From the IMG/VR virus record IMGVR_UViG_3300036766_000889: 64,000 nt of DNA; one strand, written 5' to 3'. Shown here in pieces: positions 8,372 to 15,675 of this stretch (position 1 is its first letter; each line of letters opens with the position of its first letter). The notes below the pieces were generated by a model. The model searched no databases. It was not told where the DNA came from and saw only the letters and a list, made by a program, of their open reading frames with translations. This DNA is from a virus. The translations under genes were made by a program, and so were the position numbers.

Positions 8372-8576
8372 ATATTTTTGAATCTTCCTGTCCATTCACC
8401 AAACGCGTCGACTTAAGTTTACACTCGGGCCAATTGAAACGGATCCAACATGATTCCCCAAGACCATCTCGGTGCCGATGCCAGCCTTGCTTCCAAAGAT
8501 GCCAAGGCAGACGTGGGTATAACAACTGGACCGAGCCACTCAACTCAACGGAACGAACACCTTTAACCATCACCAT
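8370..8576 (-). CDS. Small hypothetical protein
   Basis: Fills gap between tmRNA and tRNA-Cys. Confidence 0.45.
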   Translation of the reverse strand: MVMVKGVRSVELSGSVQLLYPRLPWHLWKQGWHRHRDGLGESCWIRFNWPECKLKSTRLVNGQEDSKI

Positions 8577-8592
8577 CGAACTATCCCCATTG

Positions 8593-8982
8593 TGGACTCG
8601 TGCGGAATCGAACCGCAGTCCTACAAGACTAACGAGCAGCTTCTACGTGTGTATCTGGAGTTCCGAGTGTTAATAAGCACCCCGGTGTCCCAGCCTCCAT
8701 GCTTTGGGGCGCGACAGGTTTCCCTGCTTTGCCTCCACCATCTGTCTGTAAAGTGAACTTCCCACAGCCGTCAGAACGCCGTGGCACAGGTTGCTTTTAA
8801 TCACGCCGCACGGAGTCGATGGCAACTACCTACTCCGTGCAACGGTTTCACGCGGCCTTTAGGACCGGTGCAACATATGCGTTGTCGTTCGCACTTACGT
8901 TGGTCTCTTGATAACCCGGCCTGAAGACCATCCGGGACACGCTGCTACTTATATCATCTCGCAGTCGAAACCTTTCGAGCCC
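8593..8982 (-). ncRNA. ssrA: tmRNA; tag peptide ANDNAYVAPVLKAA* (8848-8892)
   Basis: 5' GGGCTCGAAAGGTTTCGAC; acceptor GGGCTCG/CGAGTCC-A with G3.U70; 3' T-arm; resume context TAAGT GCG AAC GAC AAC; tag ends in AA. Confidence 0.95.
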
Positions 8983-9033
8983 GTATAACAGAACAATTAA
9001 GTTAACAAAAGTACAATCAAACCAAGTAAACCA

Positions 9034-9213
9034 TCAATCTTCGTTATGCCCGATGAGTGGTGATTTACCTGGACAAAGGCAGTGATACTTGATGAAATCA
9101 CAAACAGGGCAAGGCTCTACGCCTAGCAATTGAGCCAAGAACCGAATATGATCCGGGTTATCGGCCGCAGCACGAGCTAGGATCTCAATGGCTTCGTACG
9201 ACGAAATTTTCAT
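9034..9213 (-). CDS. Small hypothetical protein with CxxC motif
   Basis: MKISSYEAIEIL...CPVCDFIKYHCLC. Confidence 0.55.
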   Translation of the reverse strand: MKISSYEAIEILARAAADNPDHIRFLAQLLGVEPCPVCDFIKYHCLCPGKSPLIGHNED

Positions 9214-9231
9214 TTCTATCCTACAGATCGG

Positions 9232-9302
9232 TGCGAGCGGAGAGAATCGAACTCTCACTTACGGTTTGGAAGACCATCGTGCGACCATCACACCGCGCTC
9301 GC
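9232..9302 (-). tRNA. tRNA-Gly(TCC)
   Basis: ATGGT-CTTCCAA-ACCGT. Confidence 0.9.
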
Positions 9303-9357
9303 TTTTTGTTTTCGTCCCAGTGCAACTTACCGTGGCAATTTGCGCAAAGCACCAAGT

Positions 9358-9399
9358 CCTGCTTGGAAGGCTGATGCCAGGCCATTAGACGTCGCTCGC
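9358..9399 (-). pseudogene. 5' half of a second tRNA-Gly(TCC)
   Basis: GCGAGCG acceptor strand, D-loop and CTTCCAA loop; no T-arm or 3' strand follows. Confidence 0.55.
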
Positions 9400-9429
9400 G
9401 AAAATTACACTAGCGGAATTGAAATGAAA

Positions 9430-9834
9430 TTATGTTTTTGGACCTGTTCCGAAATAGGGTGTTGCAAACCCGCCTTTGATCAATTCTTGGTTAGCGTTAA
9501 ACTCAGGTTGATCAGGCGGGGTCACGAAAATGTCTGCTAAATACCGTCCATATTTATCGGGTTTGTAACTAACAATTCGAATGGTCCCCGTATCAAGCAA
9601 ACGAGACAACTCTGTTGACGAAGCCAAACCCGCTTGCTTCGTCACCCCGACGACTTCAGGAGTATTAATCCCATACAAACGAAATTCAACGATTGCTTCT
9701 TTAAGTAAAATAACAGAGTCTAGGATATTGAATCCAAAATCAACTGGAAGGGTAAATGTCTTACTCAGTTTCAAATAGACTGTATCACCGTCTACGACTC
9801 GATGGACTGTGGCCTGATATTCATATTGTTTCAT
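9430..9834 (-). CDS. Thermonuclease (SNase-like) family protein
   Basis: RVVDGDT...RLYGINTPE...DKYGRYLA motifs. Confidence 0.92.
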   Translation of the reverse strand: MKQYEYQATVHRVVDGDTVYLKLSKTFTLPVDFGFNILDSVILLKEAIVEFRLYGINTPEVVGVTKQAGLASSTELSRLLDTGTIRIVSYKPDKYGRYLADIFVTPPDQPEFNANQELIKGGFATPYFGTGPKT

Positions 9835-9866
9835 ATACCTACCGTACCAACTTCATAATCGGTTTA

Positions 9867-9938
9867 GGGCCCTATGACAGAATCGAACTGTCCTAACGTG
9901 CTTACAAAACACGGACATCACCACAATGTTTATAGGGC
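9867..9938 (-). tRNA. tRNA-Thr(TGT)
   Basis: CGTGT-TTTGTAA-GCACG. Confidence 0.88.
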
Positions 9939-9983
9939 AAGCATACGTCACAAATTGACGGTTTAAATCATATCCCGGTATAG

Positions 9984-10052
9984 TGGAGAGACCGGGAATT
10001 GAACCCGGCGCGGTCGGTTTGCAAGACCAACCTCCGCCCCAGCGGCCTCCCC
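9984..10052 (-). tRNA. tRNA-Ala(TGC), short D-arm
   Basis: TTGGT-CTTGCAA-ACCGA; G3.U70. Confidence 0.82.
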
Positions 10053-10080
10053 GAAATTTTTATCGAGTGTCTAAAGGTGT

Positions 10081-10365
10081 ATGATGAAACCACTAGAAGC
10101 CCTAGACAGTGCGATAAGTTATGGTCTCAGGCACCATCAATTCAATCGACGTGGAGTGTATGGAAAAACTCCCGGAGCAGTCATCGGACGAATTGGTGAC
10201 GAAGCTCGAGAAGCTTTATCCAAACTCACATCTGATGAATTAGCTGGTGTGCGTATTGAAAAAGATGAAGTAGGTAGTGATGATTATTTCGCGGATCTTG
10301 AGGTCCGGAAACTCAAGATAGCTTTTGATCAAAAATGCAAGTATCGTGTTACACGACCTTCATAG
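10081..10365 (+). CDS. Hypothetical protein inserted antisense in the tRNA array
   Basis: AAGGTG SD, 94 aa, fills the inter-tRNA gap. Confidence 0.65.
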   Translation: MMKPLEALDSAISYGLRHHQFNRRGVYGKTPGAVIGRIGDEAREALSKLTSDELAGVRIEKDEVGSDDYFADLEVRKLKIAFDQKCKYRVTRPS

Positions 10366-10436
10366 GGCCCGCACCGCGAATTGAACGCGGGTCTCGATCT
10401 TACCGGGATCGAATACTACCATTGTACTATGCGGGC
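10366..10436 (-). tRNA. tRNA-Thr(GGT), C33
   Basis: CGATC-CCGGTAA-GATCG. Confidence 0.82.
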
Positions 10437-10443
10437 AAACTAG

Positions 10444-10516
10444 AGCCCCTGATCGGGATCGAACCGACCTAGCCCTCCTTACGAAAGAGGTACCTCTCCA
10501 TTGAGGTGACAGGGGC
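10444..10516 (-). tRNA. tRNA-Thr(CGT)
   Basis: CCTCT-TTCGTAA-GGAGG. Confidence 0.9.
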
Positions 10517-10521
10517 ATCGG

Positions 10522-10592
10522 TGGAGATCCGGAGAATCGAACTCCGATTTCTAGCTTGCAAGGCTAGCACACGCCCGTTGTGTTAGATCCCC
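10522..10592 (-). tRNA. tRNA-Ala(TGC)
   Basis: CTAGC-CTTGCAA-GCTAG; G3.U70. Confidence 0.9.
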
Positions 10593-10601
10593 ATGATACA
10601 G

Positions 10602-10673
10602 TGGACGTGGCTGGAATCGAACCAGCGGCTTCCTGCGAGTCATGCAGGCACTCGGCCTCTGAGCTACACGTCC
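10602..10673 (-). tRNA. tRNA-Val(GAC)
   Basis: CCTGC-ATGACTC-GCAGG. Confidence 0.88.
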
Positions 10674-10681
10674 GTATAAAT

Positions 10682-10757
10682 TGGTAGGCCGTGAGGGGAT
10701 CGAACCCTCTCCTGTCGCTTATAAGGCGACTGCACTGAACCACTGTGCTAACGGCCC
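10682..10757 (-). tRNA. tRNA-Ile(TAT)
   Basis: GTCGC-CTTATAA-GCGAC; CCA end. Confidence 0.9.
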
Positions 10758-10761
10758 ATAA

Positions 10762-10950
10762 CTATTTCGAAGACTTGATCAATTCCGTGATTCGCATGTG
10801 CTGAAGAGTCAAAATCGCGGCTATCTGTGCTTGCGTCATGCTACCAATGACATCTAGCGCAGACTGAAACAAATCTATGGACGGATGTCCCTTGTCCAGC
10901 AAAGAAGCTATGTATCGTTTGATCACAATCTGCTCTTCTTCGTATTCCAT
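10762..10950 (-). CDS. Small hypothetical protein
   Basis: AGGAGG SD; 62 aa. Confidence 0.7.
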   Translation of the reverse strand: MEYEEEQIVIKRYIASLLDKGHPSIDLFQSALDVIGSMTQAQIAAILTLQHMRITELIKSSK

Positions 10951-11014
10951 GATTCCTCCTATGCTATGCTACAAAACCGGTCCATGCAGAGATAATCGAA
11001 CTCCCATAGTTCGC

Positions 11015-11569
11015 CTATAACAACAAACGTCTGGACTCCAGGCTACTCTCCGAAGACTCTCGATCGGCTAACTCATGCAACTCGCCATGACAGTTGGCGC
11101 AGACCAGCATGGTCTTATCCAATTCCAGCTTCAACTTAGCCCAGCCTGATACCGATCTTGTTGCTACCGTGAAATCCTTACTTGCTGGATCCGTATGGTG
11201 GAAAACCATCGAACGAAGACACTTATCATAACCGCAGCGACAACATACCCCGCCTTTATAGGCGACGGCCATGGCTTTGAGCGATGTTCGTTTTCGGTTG
11301 GCTACGCAAGAGTTGCAGAAAACCCTGGTGGCCCCGCGCCTTGCGCTTCGCAAATAACTATATTTGCGAAAACAGCTGGTGCACCTAATTTCTACAGGCT
11401 TCCGGGTATGCCTAGATCCAGGCAAAATTGGCCGCGAATTTCTGGAACCGTAGGGAGAGCAGGTAAAGCAATACTTCCTCTTGGAAAGAGCCATCCGCCT
11501 TCCGTTTATAATTACCGTGGCTGGTATTTCAACGTCGCAAGCCAAGCACCGCTTAGTGGTAGTAGACAT
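11015..11569 (-). CDS. HNH homing endonuclease with Zn-finger N-terminus
   Basis: YKGGVCCRCGY...FHHTDP...LVCANCHGELH. Confidence 0.88.
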   Translation of the reverse strand: MSTTTKRCLACDVEIPATVIINGRRMALSKRKYCFTCSPYGSRNSRPILPGSRHTRKPVEIRCTSCFRKYSYLRSARRGATRVFCNSCVANRKRTSLKAMAVAYKGGVCCRCGYDKCLRSMVFHHTDPASKDFTVATRSVSGWAKLKLELDKTMLVCANCHGELHELADRESSESSLESRRLLL

Positions 11570-11631
11570 AACGCCATATCATACCATAAGACGAGCGCAT
11601 TAGAAAAGCCAGGACGACCTCAAGCCAGCGT

Positions 11632-11705
11632 TGGTTGGCCCGGAGGGAATTGAACCCTCGCCGCCCGCTTATCAAGCGGATGCACGACCTTCGTGCTGCG
11701 GGCCA
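11632..11705 (-). tRNA. tRNA-Ile(GAT)
   Basis: CCGC-TTGATAA-GCGG; CCA end. Confidence 0.85.
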
Positions 11706-11737
11706 ATGACATCCCCTTCCACTAGACGATGCGTGGA

Positions 11738-11814
11738 TGGTGCTCCAGGCAGGACTCGAACCTGCATAAAAGCCGCTTTAGGAAAGCGGTGCCCATCCTT
11801 TGGACCACTGGAGC
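11738..11814 (-). tRNA. tRNA-Arg(CCT)
   Basis: CCGCT-TTCCTAA-AGCGG; CCA end. Confidence 0.92.
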
Positions 11815-11816
11815 AT

Positions 11817-11893
11817 TGGGTTACATGGCGGGAATCGAACCCAGCTAACACCTGATCCACAATCAGGCCGCTATCCATTAGCGTTCATGCAAC
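11817..11893 (-). tRNA. tRNA-His(GTG)
   Basis: CCTGA-TTGTGGA-TCAGG; G-1:C73; CCA end. Confidence 0.88.
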
Positions 11894-12000
11894 ATAACAC
11901 AGTTTAGGGCCCTTGCGAGGGGTCAATCTCTTACGAGATTCTGCTTCCCGTCACTACAAAGTTTGGCTTTGCGTTTCACCAAGAGTCCCATCCTGTGCGG

Positions 12001-12074
12001 TCGGAGTGACTGGAATCGAACCAGCTCAATCTCTTGCTCCCGAAGCAAGCGGGCAGCCATTACCCCACACTCCG
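12001..12074 (-). tRNA. tRNA-Pro(CGG)
   Basis: CTTGC-TTCGGGA-GCAAG; C1-G72. Confidence 0.9.
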
Positions 12075-12191
12075 TAAAAGAAGACCCCTGATAGCACTCT
12101 ATGGCTTGCTGTACCCGTGAGAGATGGGCCGACGTGCAAACCGAGTAATCTACCGTTTCTCAATCCCTGCCGGGGTCACCGCAGGAAACAG

Positions 12192-12263
12192 TCGAGGTGG
12201 CAAGAATCGAACTTGCGATCTCTGCATCCCAAATGCAGCGCCATTCCACTTGGCTACACCTCG
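12192..12263 (-). tRNA. tRNA-Pro(TGG)
   Basis: CTGCA-TTTGGGA-TGCAG. Confidence 0.92.
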
Positions 12264-12371
12264 ATAAGGGCTGCCGAAGAAGGCGTATCCTTCAGCTTAG
12301 TAGCTTTGCCCTAGCTAGCGTGTCTTTCAGCACGCGACTGGACGCCAGCCAGTCTGACCGTTGCCGGTCGG

Positions 12372-12456
12372 CGGAAGACGGAGGACATGCTCCCCAGACG
12401 CTTGCGCGTCCCCTTGGATTAGCAATCCAGGATGATCCTTGATCATTTCGTCTTCC
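12372..12456 (-). tRNA. Non-canonical 8/4 tRNA-Ser(GCT), allo-tRNA-like
   Basis: 8-bp acceptor GGAAGACG/CGTCTTCC-G, 6-bp D-stem ATGATC/GATCAT, long V-arm, 4-bp T-stem. Confidence 0.7.
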
Positions 12457-12482
12457 AAATTGTCACAGCTCTTTGTTGATTA

Positions 12483-12680
12483 TCAGCGACGATGAAAAGC
12501 CACGATGAGAAGGATCACTCCATCCTTGTCTTGGTAGCGCCATTCCCCGCGATGCTTTTCGTACCGCTCCAGGCTACCCAAAAGACCACGGGCTTGATTC
12601 CTGGTTAGATCAAACCACGGTCCCCATGATTTGGAGCCGTGGAAGCGACAAGCGGTGTACTCGATCCATCCGTGTTCCAT
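12483..12680 (-). CDS. Small hypothetical protein
   Basis: 65-aa co-directional ORF in inter-tRNA gap. Confidence 0.55.
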   Translation of the reverse strand: MEHGWIEYTACRFHGSKSWGPWFDLTRNQARGLLGSLERYEKHRGEWRYQDKDGVILLIVAFHRR

Positions 12681-12738
12681 GACCTAAAGACGTTTGCCTT
12701 TTAGCCAACTGACACATGGCGGAGAAAATAGGAGTCAG

Positions 12739-12819
12739 CGGAAACCGGACGAGAACGCCATGCCTTGCGGCACACACCATTTTCGAGATGGGTCTTGCTC
12801 CTCAGCAAGTTCAGTTTCC
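12739..12819 (-). tRNA. Non-canonical 8/4 tRNA-Ser(CGA) with truncated T-loop
   Basis: GGAAACTG/CGGTTTCC-G, 6-bp D-stem CTTGCT-GAGG-AGCAAG, CCAT-CTCGAAA-ATGG, V-arm GTGCC-GCAA-GGCAT. Confidence 0.6.
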
Positions 12820-12834
12820 AGAGAGCGGGACCAT

Positions 12835-13122
12835 TCAAGGTCGAACTCTGTCTTGCTCCTGCAAGTTCCGTTTCCAATCAGAAATCGTACCGCCCAAGGT
12901 CGAACTCTTGTCTTGCTCCTGCAAGTTCCGTTTCCAATCAGAAATCGTACCGCCCAAGGTCGAACTCTTGCGGGTTCGATCGTTTCCGATCCGGTTTTTT
13001 AACCAGGCAATGTGCAGGGCTGGTGTTGCTTGCGTTTTACCATTACCATTCTTTGCTGAGTCCAACTCCTGTTTCCAGTACAACTCCTGTTTCCGGTATA
13101 GTTCACTTTCCATTTCGTTCAT
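12835..13122 (-). CDS. Small hypothetical protein running into the 60-bp repeat
   Basis: GAGGTG SD before ATG. Confidence 0.45.
   Translation of the reverse strand: MNEMESELYRKQELYWKQELDSAKNGNGKTQATPALHIAWLKNRIGNDRTRKSSTLGGTISDWKRNLQEQDKSSTLGGTISDWKRNLQEQDRVRP
12849..12970. repeat. Exact 60-bp tandem duplication built from tRNA fragments
   Basis: TGTCTTGCTCCTGCAAGTTCCGTTTCCAATCAGAAATCGTACCGCCCAAGGTCGAACTCT x2. Confidence 0.95.
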
Positions 13123-13145
13123 AATTCACCTCATGGATAATACAG

Positions 13146-13228
13146 CGGAAGACGCCGGAATCGAACCGACTCAGCCTTGCGGCCTTATTTGCTTTCCAAG
13201 CAAACTCCTGACCATTCGGATGTCTTCC
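13146..13228 (-). tRNA. tRNA-Ser(GGA)
   Basis: TTTGC-TTGGAAA-GCAAA; long V-arm; G73. Confidence 0.9.
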
Positions 13229-13233
13229 GGTAG

Positions 13234-13317
13234 CGGAGAAGGCGAGAATCGAACTCGCTCAGCCTTTTGGGCCTTATCGGTATTCAAAGCCGACTCCTGA
13301 CCATTCGGGTCTTCTCC
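13234..13317 (-). tRNA. tRNA-Ser(TGA)
   Basis: TCGGC-TTTGAAT-ACCGA; long V-arm; G73. Confidence 0.88.
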
Positions 13318-13354
13318 AACTCGTTACACCGTTCTCTGAGAGTTTGTTCTCCGT

Positions 13355-13534
13355 TCATGCAAGTGTGACTAACTTCCAACCGATACCTTCATCCATCATG
13401 TCAGTATTTGCTATATAAATATCAGAATTTGGAGATTCAACGTCTTCCATAACAGCAGTTCGATGTTCATGACTCAGTTTCAATACGCGCCATAACTTTC
13501 CTTTGCGTTCCCAAACTTCATTTACTTGAGGCAT
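13355..13534 (-). CDS. 59-aa hypothetical protein (below ORF-track cutoff)
   Basis: MPQVNEVWERKGKLWRVLKLSHEHRTAVMEDVES...GWKLVTLA*. Confidence 0.55.
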   Translation of the reverse strand: MPQVNEVWERKGKLWRVLKLSHEHRTAVMEDVESPNSDIYIANTDMMDEGIGWKLVTLA

Positions 13535-13574
13535 GTTTGAACTCTACCGCGTAAGCCACAGACAGTACACTTAG

Positions 13575-13646
13575 CGTCCCGTATCGGAATCGAACCGATG
13601 TTCCCTGACTGAGAATCAGGTTGCCTGGCCTCTAGCAGAACGGGAC
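13575..13646 (-). tRNA. tRNA-Glu(CTC)
   Basis: CCTGA-TTCTCAG-TCAGG. Confidence 0.92.
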
Positions 13647-13647
13647 A

Positions 13648-13724
13648 TGGCGGGACCGACGAGAATCGAACTCGCCTCGACCTGGCGTGACAAGCCAGCG
13701 GCGTCTCCAGACGCCTCCGATCCC
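13648..13724 (-). tRNA. tRNA-Asp(GTC), extended D-stem
   Basis: CTGGC-TTGTCAC-GCCAG; D-arm GGCGTC-TGGA-GACGCC; CCA end. Confidence 0.88.
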
Positions 13725-13829
13725 AAAAGCCGACCGCGACCAACGGAAGTTGTTGATCCGCTGACCAGTGATTCATCGTGCGCACGAACGCCACGGCCAC
13801 GGCGTGTCTTGGCTAGCTAGACCTTCGAC

Positions 13830-13903
13830 TGGTTCGGGCGGAGAGGATCGAACTCCCATAGAAGGTATCAAAAACCTTCGTCTTTCCATTAGACGACGCC
13901 CGA
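13830..13903 (-). tRNA. tRNA-Gln(TTG)
   Basis: AAGGT-TTTTGAT-ACCTT; U1-A72; CCA end. Confidence 0.9.
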
Positions 13904-13912
13904 ATAACACGG

Positions 13913-13983
13913 CAGGGGTAGAGGGAATCGAACCCACGTTGACTGCTTCAGAAACAGCTGCCAAACCACTTGGCGATACCCCA
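13913..13983 (-). tRNA. tRNA-Gln(CTG)
   Basis: CTGT-TTCTGAA-GCAG. Confidence 0.88.
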
Positions 13984-13989
13984 ACGAAG

Positions 13990-14123
13990 TGGACACAACG
14001 GGAATCGAACCCGCTAATTCCTGTTTTTGCAGGATACGGAAAACTGCAGTGACTGATATTTTCGGGTGGCCATCTCCCTACTAACTCAGATCCAGTTTTC
14101 CAGCGCACCGTGGCTTTGTGCCC
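13990..14123 (-). ncRNA. 134-nt tRNA-like RNA with alanine-identity acceptor stem
   Basis: GGGCACA/TGTGTCC-A (G3.U70, A73), T-arm GCGGG-TTCGATT-CCCGT, 9-bp GGAAAACTG/CAGTTTTCC arm in place of an anticodon arm. Confidence 0.65.
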
Positions 14124-14136
14124 GTAACAATTGTAG

Positions 14137-14208
14137 TGCTCCCACGGAGAATCGAACTCCGCTCGCCGGGGTGAAAACCAAGCATTCTGACCACTAAACT
14201 ATGGGAGC
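14137..14208 (-). tRNA. tRNA-Glu(TTC)
   Basis: Loop TTTTCAC; imperfect anticodon stem. Confidence 0.82.
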
Positions 14209-14282
14209 AAACTTTCTAATGTGGTACGTGGGGTCAAACTTAATCTTCAACATCCGGACCAGTACCTTGGTCCGTGAATTTG

Positions 14283-14354
14283 AGCGACTGATGTGAATCG
14301 AACACATGAAGTCCATTTTGGCAAAATGGTGCCTTACCACTAGGCTACAGTCGC
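14283..14354 (-). tRNA. tRNA-Gly(GCC)
   Basis: CCATT-TTGCCAA-AATGG; U73. Confidence 0.92.
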
Positions 14355-14397
14355 GTGCGGACCCTCAAACACTGTTACTGCATGTTGATTAATACTG

Positions 14398-14470
14398 TGG
14401 CTAGGGTCGGTATCGAACCGACTACACCCCGGGCTTCAACCGAGTGCTCTACCGTTTGAGCTACCTAGCC
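14398..14470 (-). tRNA. tRNA-Phe(GAA)
   Basis: CTCGG-TTGAAGC-CCGGG. Confidence 0.9.
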
Positions 14471-14473
14471 AAA

Positions 14474-14657
14474 ACCTTGATCTTCGGCAGTTGGTTCCGT
14501 AGCAAGGAACCGGCCAGACTTAGCTTTTGGAGGTTGCTAGACCCTCCTACTTGCCGACCGCATGAGCCTTTCGAGGGGCGTGCGTTCTATAGGCCATAAG
14601 CCTGCTGTCTGGTATTGAAGCCTACGACCCGCGAGTTAACTCAGGTCTGATCAAGGT
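14474..14657 (-). ncRNA. Unassigned ~184-nt multibranch RNA
   Basis: 9-bp terminal stem ACCTTGATC/GATCAAGGT, inner CCAGAC/GTCTGG helix and several hairpins; fills the Trp-Phe gap. Confidence 0.55.
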
Positions 14658-14659
14658 AG

Positions 14660-14728
14660 CAAGCCGTGACGGAATCGAACCGCCGCCTACTGGTTTGGAA
14701 TCAGTTCGGTCACCATGACCTACGGCTT
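14660..14728 (-). tRNA. tRNA-Trp(CCA)
   Basis: Loop TTCCAAA; G73; short D-arm. Confidence 0.85.
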
Positions 14729-15653
14729 ATTTCAATAAATTATTCGACAGAGCAGTTGTTTTAACAACTGGAGTGTTCTTACTAGCATGGTATCTAAGCA
14801 TCACTTTAGAATTTTTGCATTTCTTACAAATTAAATATGGTCTTCCAGTATCTGACTCTCCTGTTCTAACATAACAGTTTTCAATAGGAACAATACCATG
14901 CACTTTACAAAGTTTATTGGTAGGCGACCTATCCTGTTGAAATTTAGTTTTAGCTTTTTCTGATATTGTTTTTGCTATTTTTGCCTTGCAATCGTTACTA
15001 ATAGATCTTCCAACAGCGGCAAGTTTGATATTCATCCTTGCCTTATCCGAAAATTTTCGGCCTCGACTACGAGAAGCGTTTTTTTCTATGATTTCATGAG
15101 TAAGAATGGGTGGTTTGCAACGTCCATCTCGATGAGCTTTTTTGGCTGCTATAGATATTTTTCTTTTCACATCCGGGAGAGCTTGAATATGACGTGATAT
15201 TTCAATTCTCTTTGCTCGAGATTCTGATGTATTGAGTGCTGCTTTATTTGCAGCACGAGCTTGAGGTGTATGAAATCTAAGGACGACACCGTTTTGTTTT
15301 TCTCGATACTCTGGACGATCCCATGGATTTCGACGAATTGGATGCGGCGTATGAGATCCGCCCTTCATTAAGTTAAATCCAAACTTTGGATCTCGCGTAT
15401 TTTCTTGTTCGATTATCGCTTCTTCAGTCGCATTTGCACCTTCAAGGTCCCGACTCATCGCCAGAACTTCATGGGAGAAGGCATCCTTGCCATACTTACG
15501 AATTGCATTCGGAAAATACCAACGTCCGCCCTTGGAATTCTTAGCTTGGGAGCAATGTTGATTCCAACGATGCATCATTGTATGGCTAGTTAAGCCAATG
15601 TAACGACGACCCGATTCTATATGAGTGTGACAGTAAATGGTCCAGCGTTTCAT
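14727..15653 (-). CDS. GIY-YIG homing endonuclease
   Basis: TIYCHTHIESGRRYIGLT...GFNLMKGG; basic C-terminal repeats. Confidence 0.9.
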   Translation of the reverse strand: MKRWTIYCHTHIESGRRYIGLTSHTMMHRWNQHCSQAKNSKGGRWYFPNAIRKYGKDAFSHEVLAMSRDLEGANATEEAIIEQENTRDPKFGFNLMKGGSHTPHPIRRNPWDRPEYREKQNGVVLRFHTPQARAANKAALNTSESRAKRIEISRHIQALPDVKRKISIAAKKAHRDGRCKPPILTHEIIEKNASRSRGRKFSDKARMNIKLAAVGRSISNDCKAKIAKTISEKAKTKFQQDRSPTNKLCKVHGIVPIENCYVRTGESDTGRPYLICKKCKNSKVMLRYHASKNTPVVKTTALSNNLLK

Positions 15654-15675
15654 GCTGAACCCAATCCATAAAGCT

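Noticed and set aside
10976-11630. Group I intron or split tRNA around the HNH gene
   Set aside because: Only a weak T-arm-like remnant near 10980-11010; no matching 5' exon or intron core found; HNH appears free-standing
11955-11980. c-di-GMP-I riboswitch (ACGCAAAGCC)
   Set aside because: Upstream GGCAAAC/GNRA P2 element is absent and there is no downstream CDS
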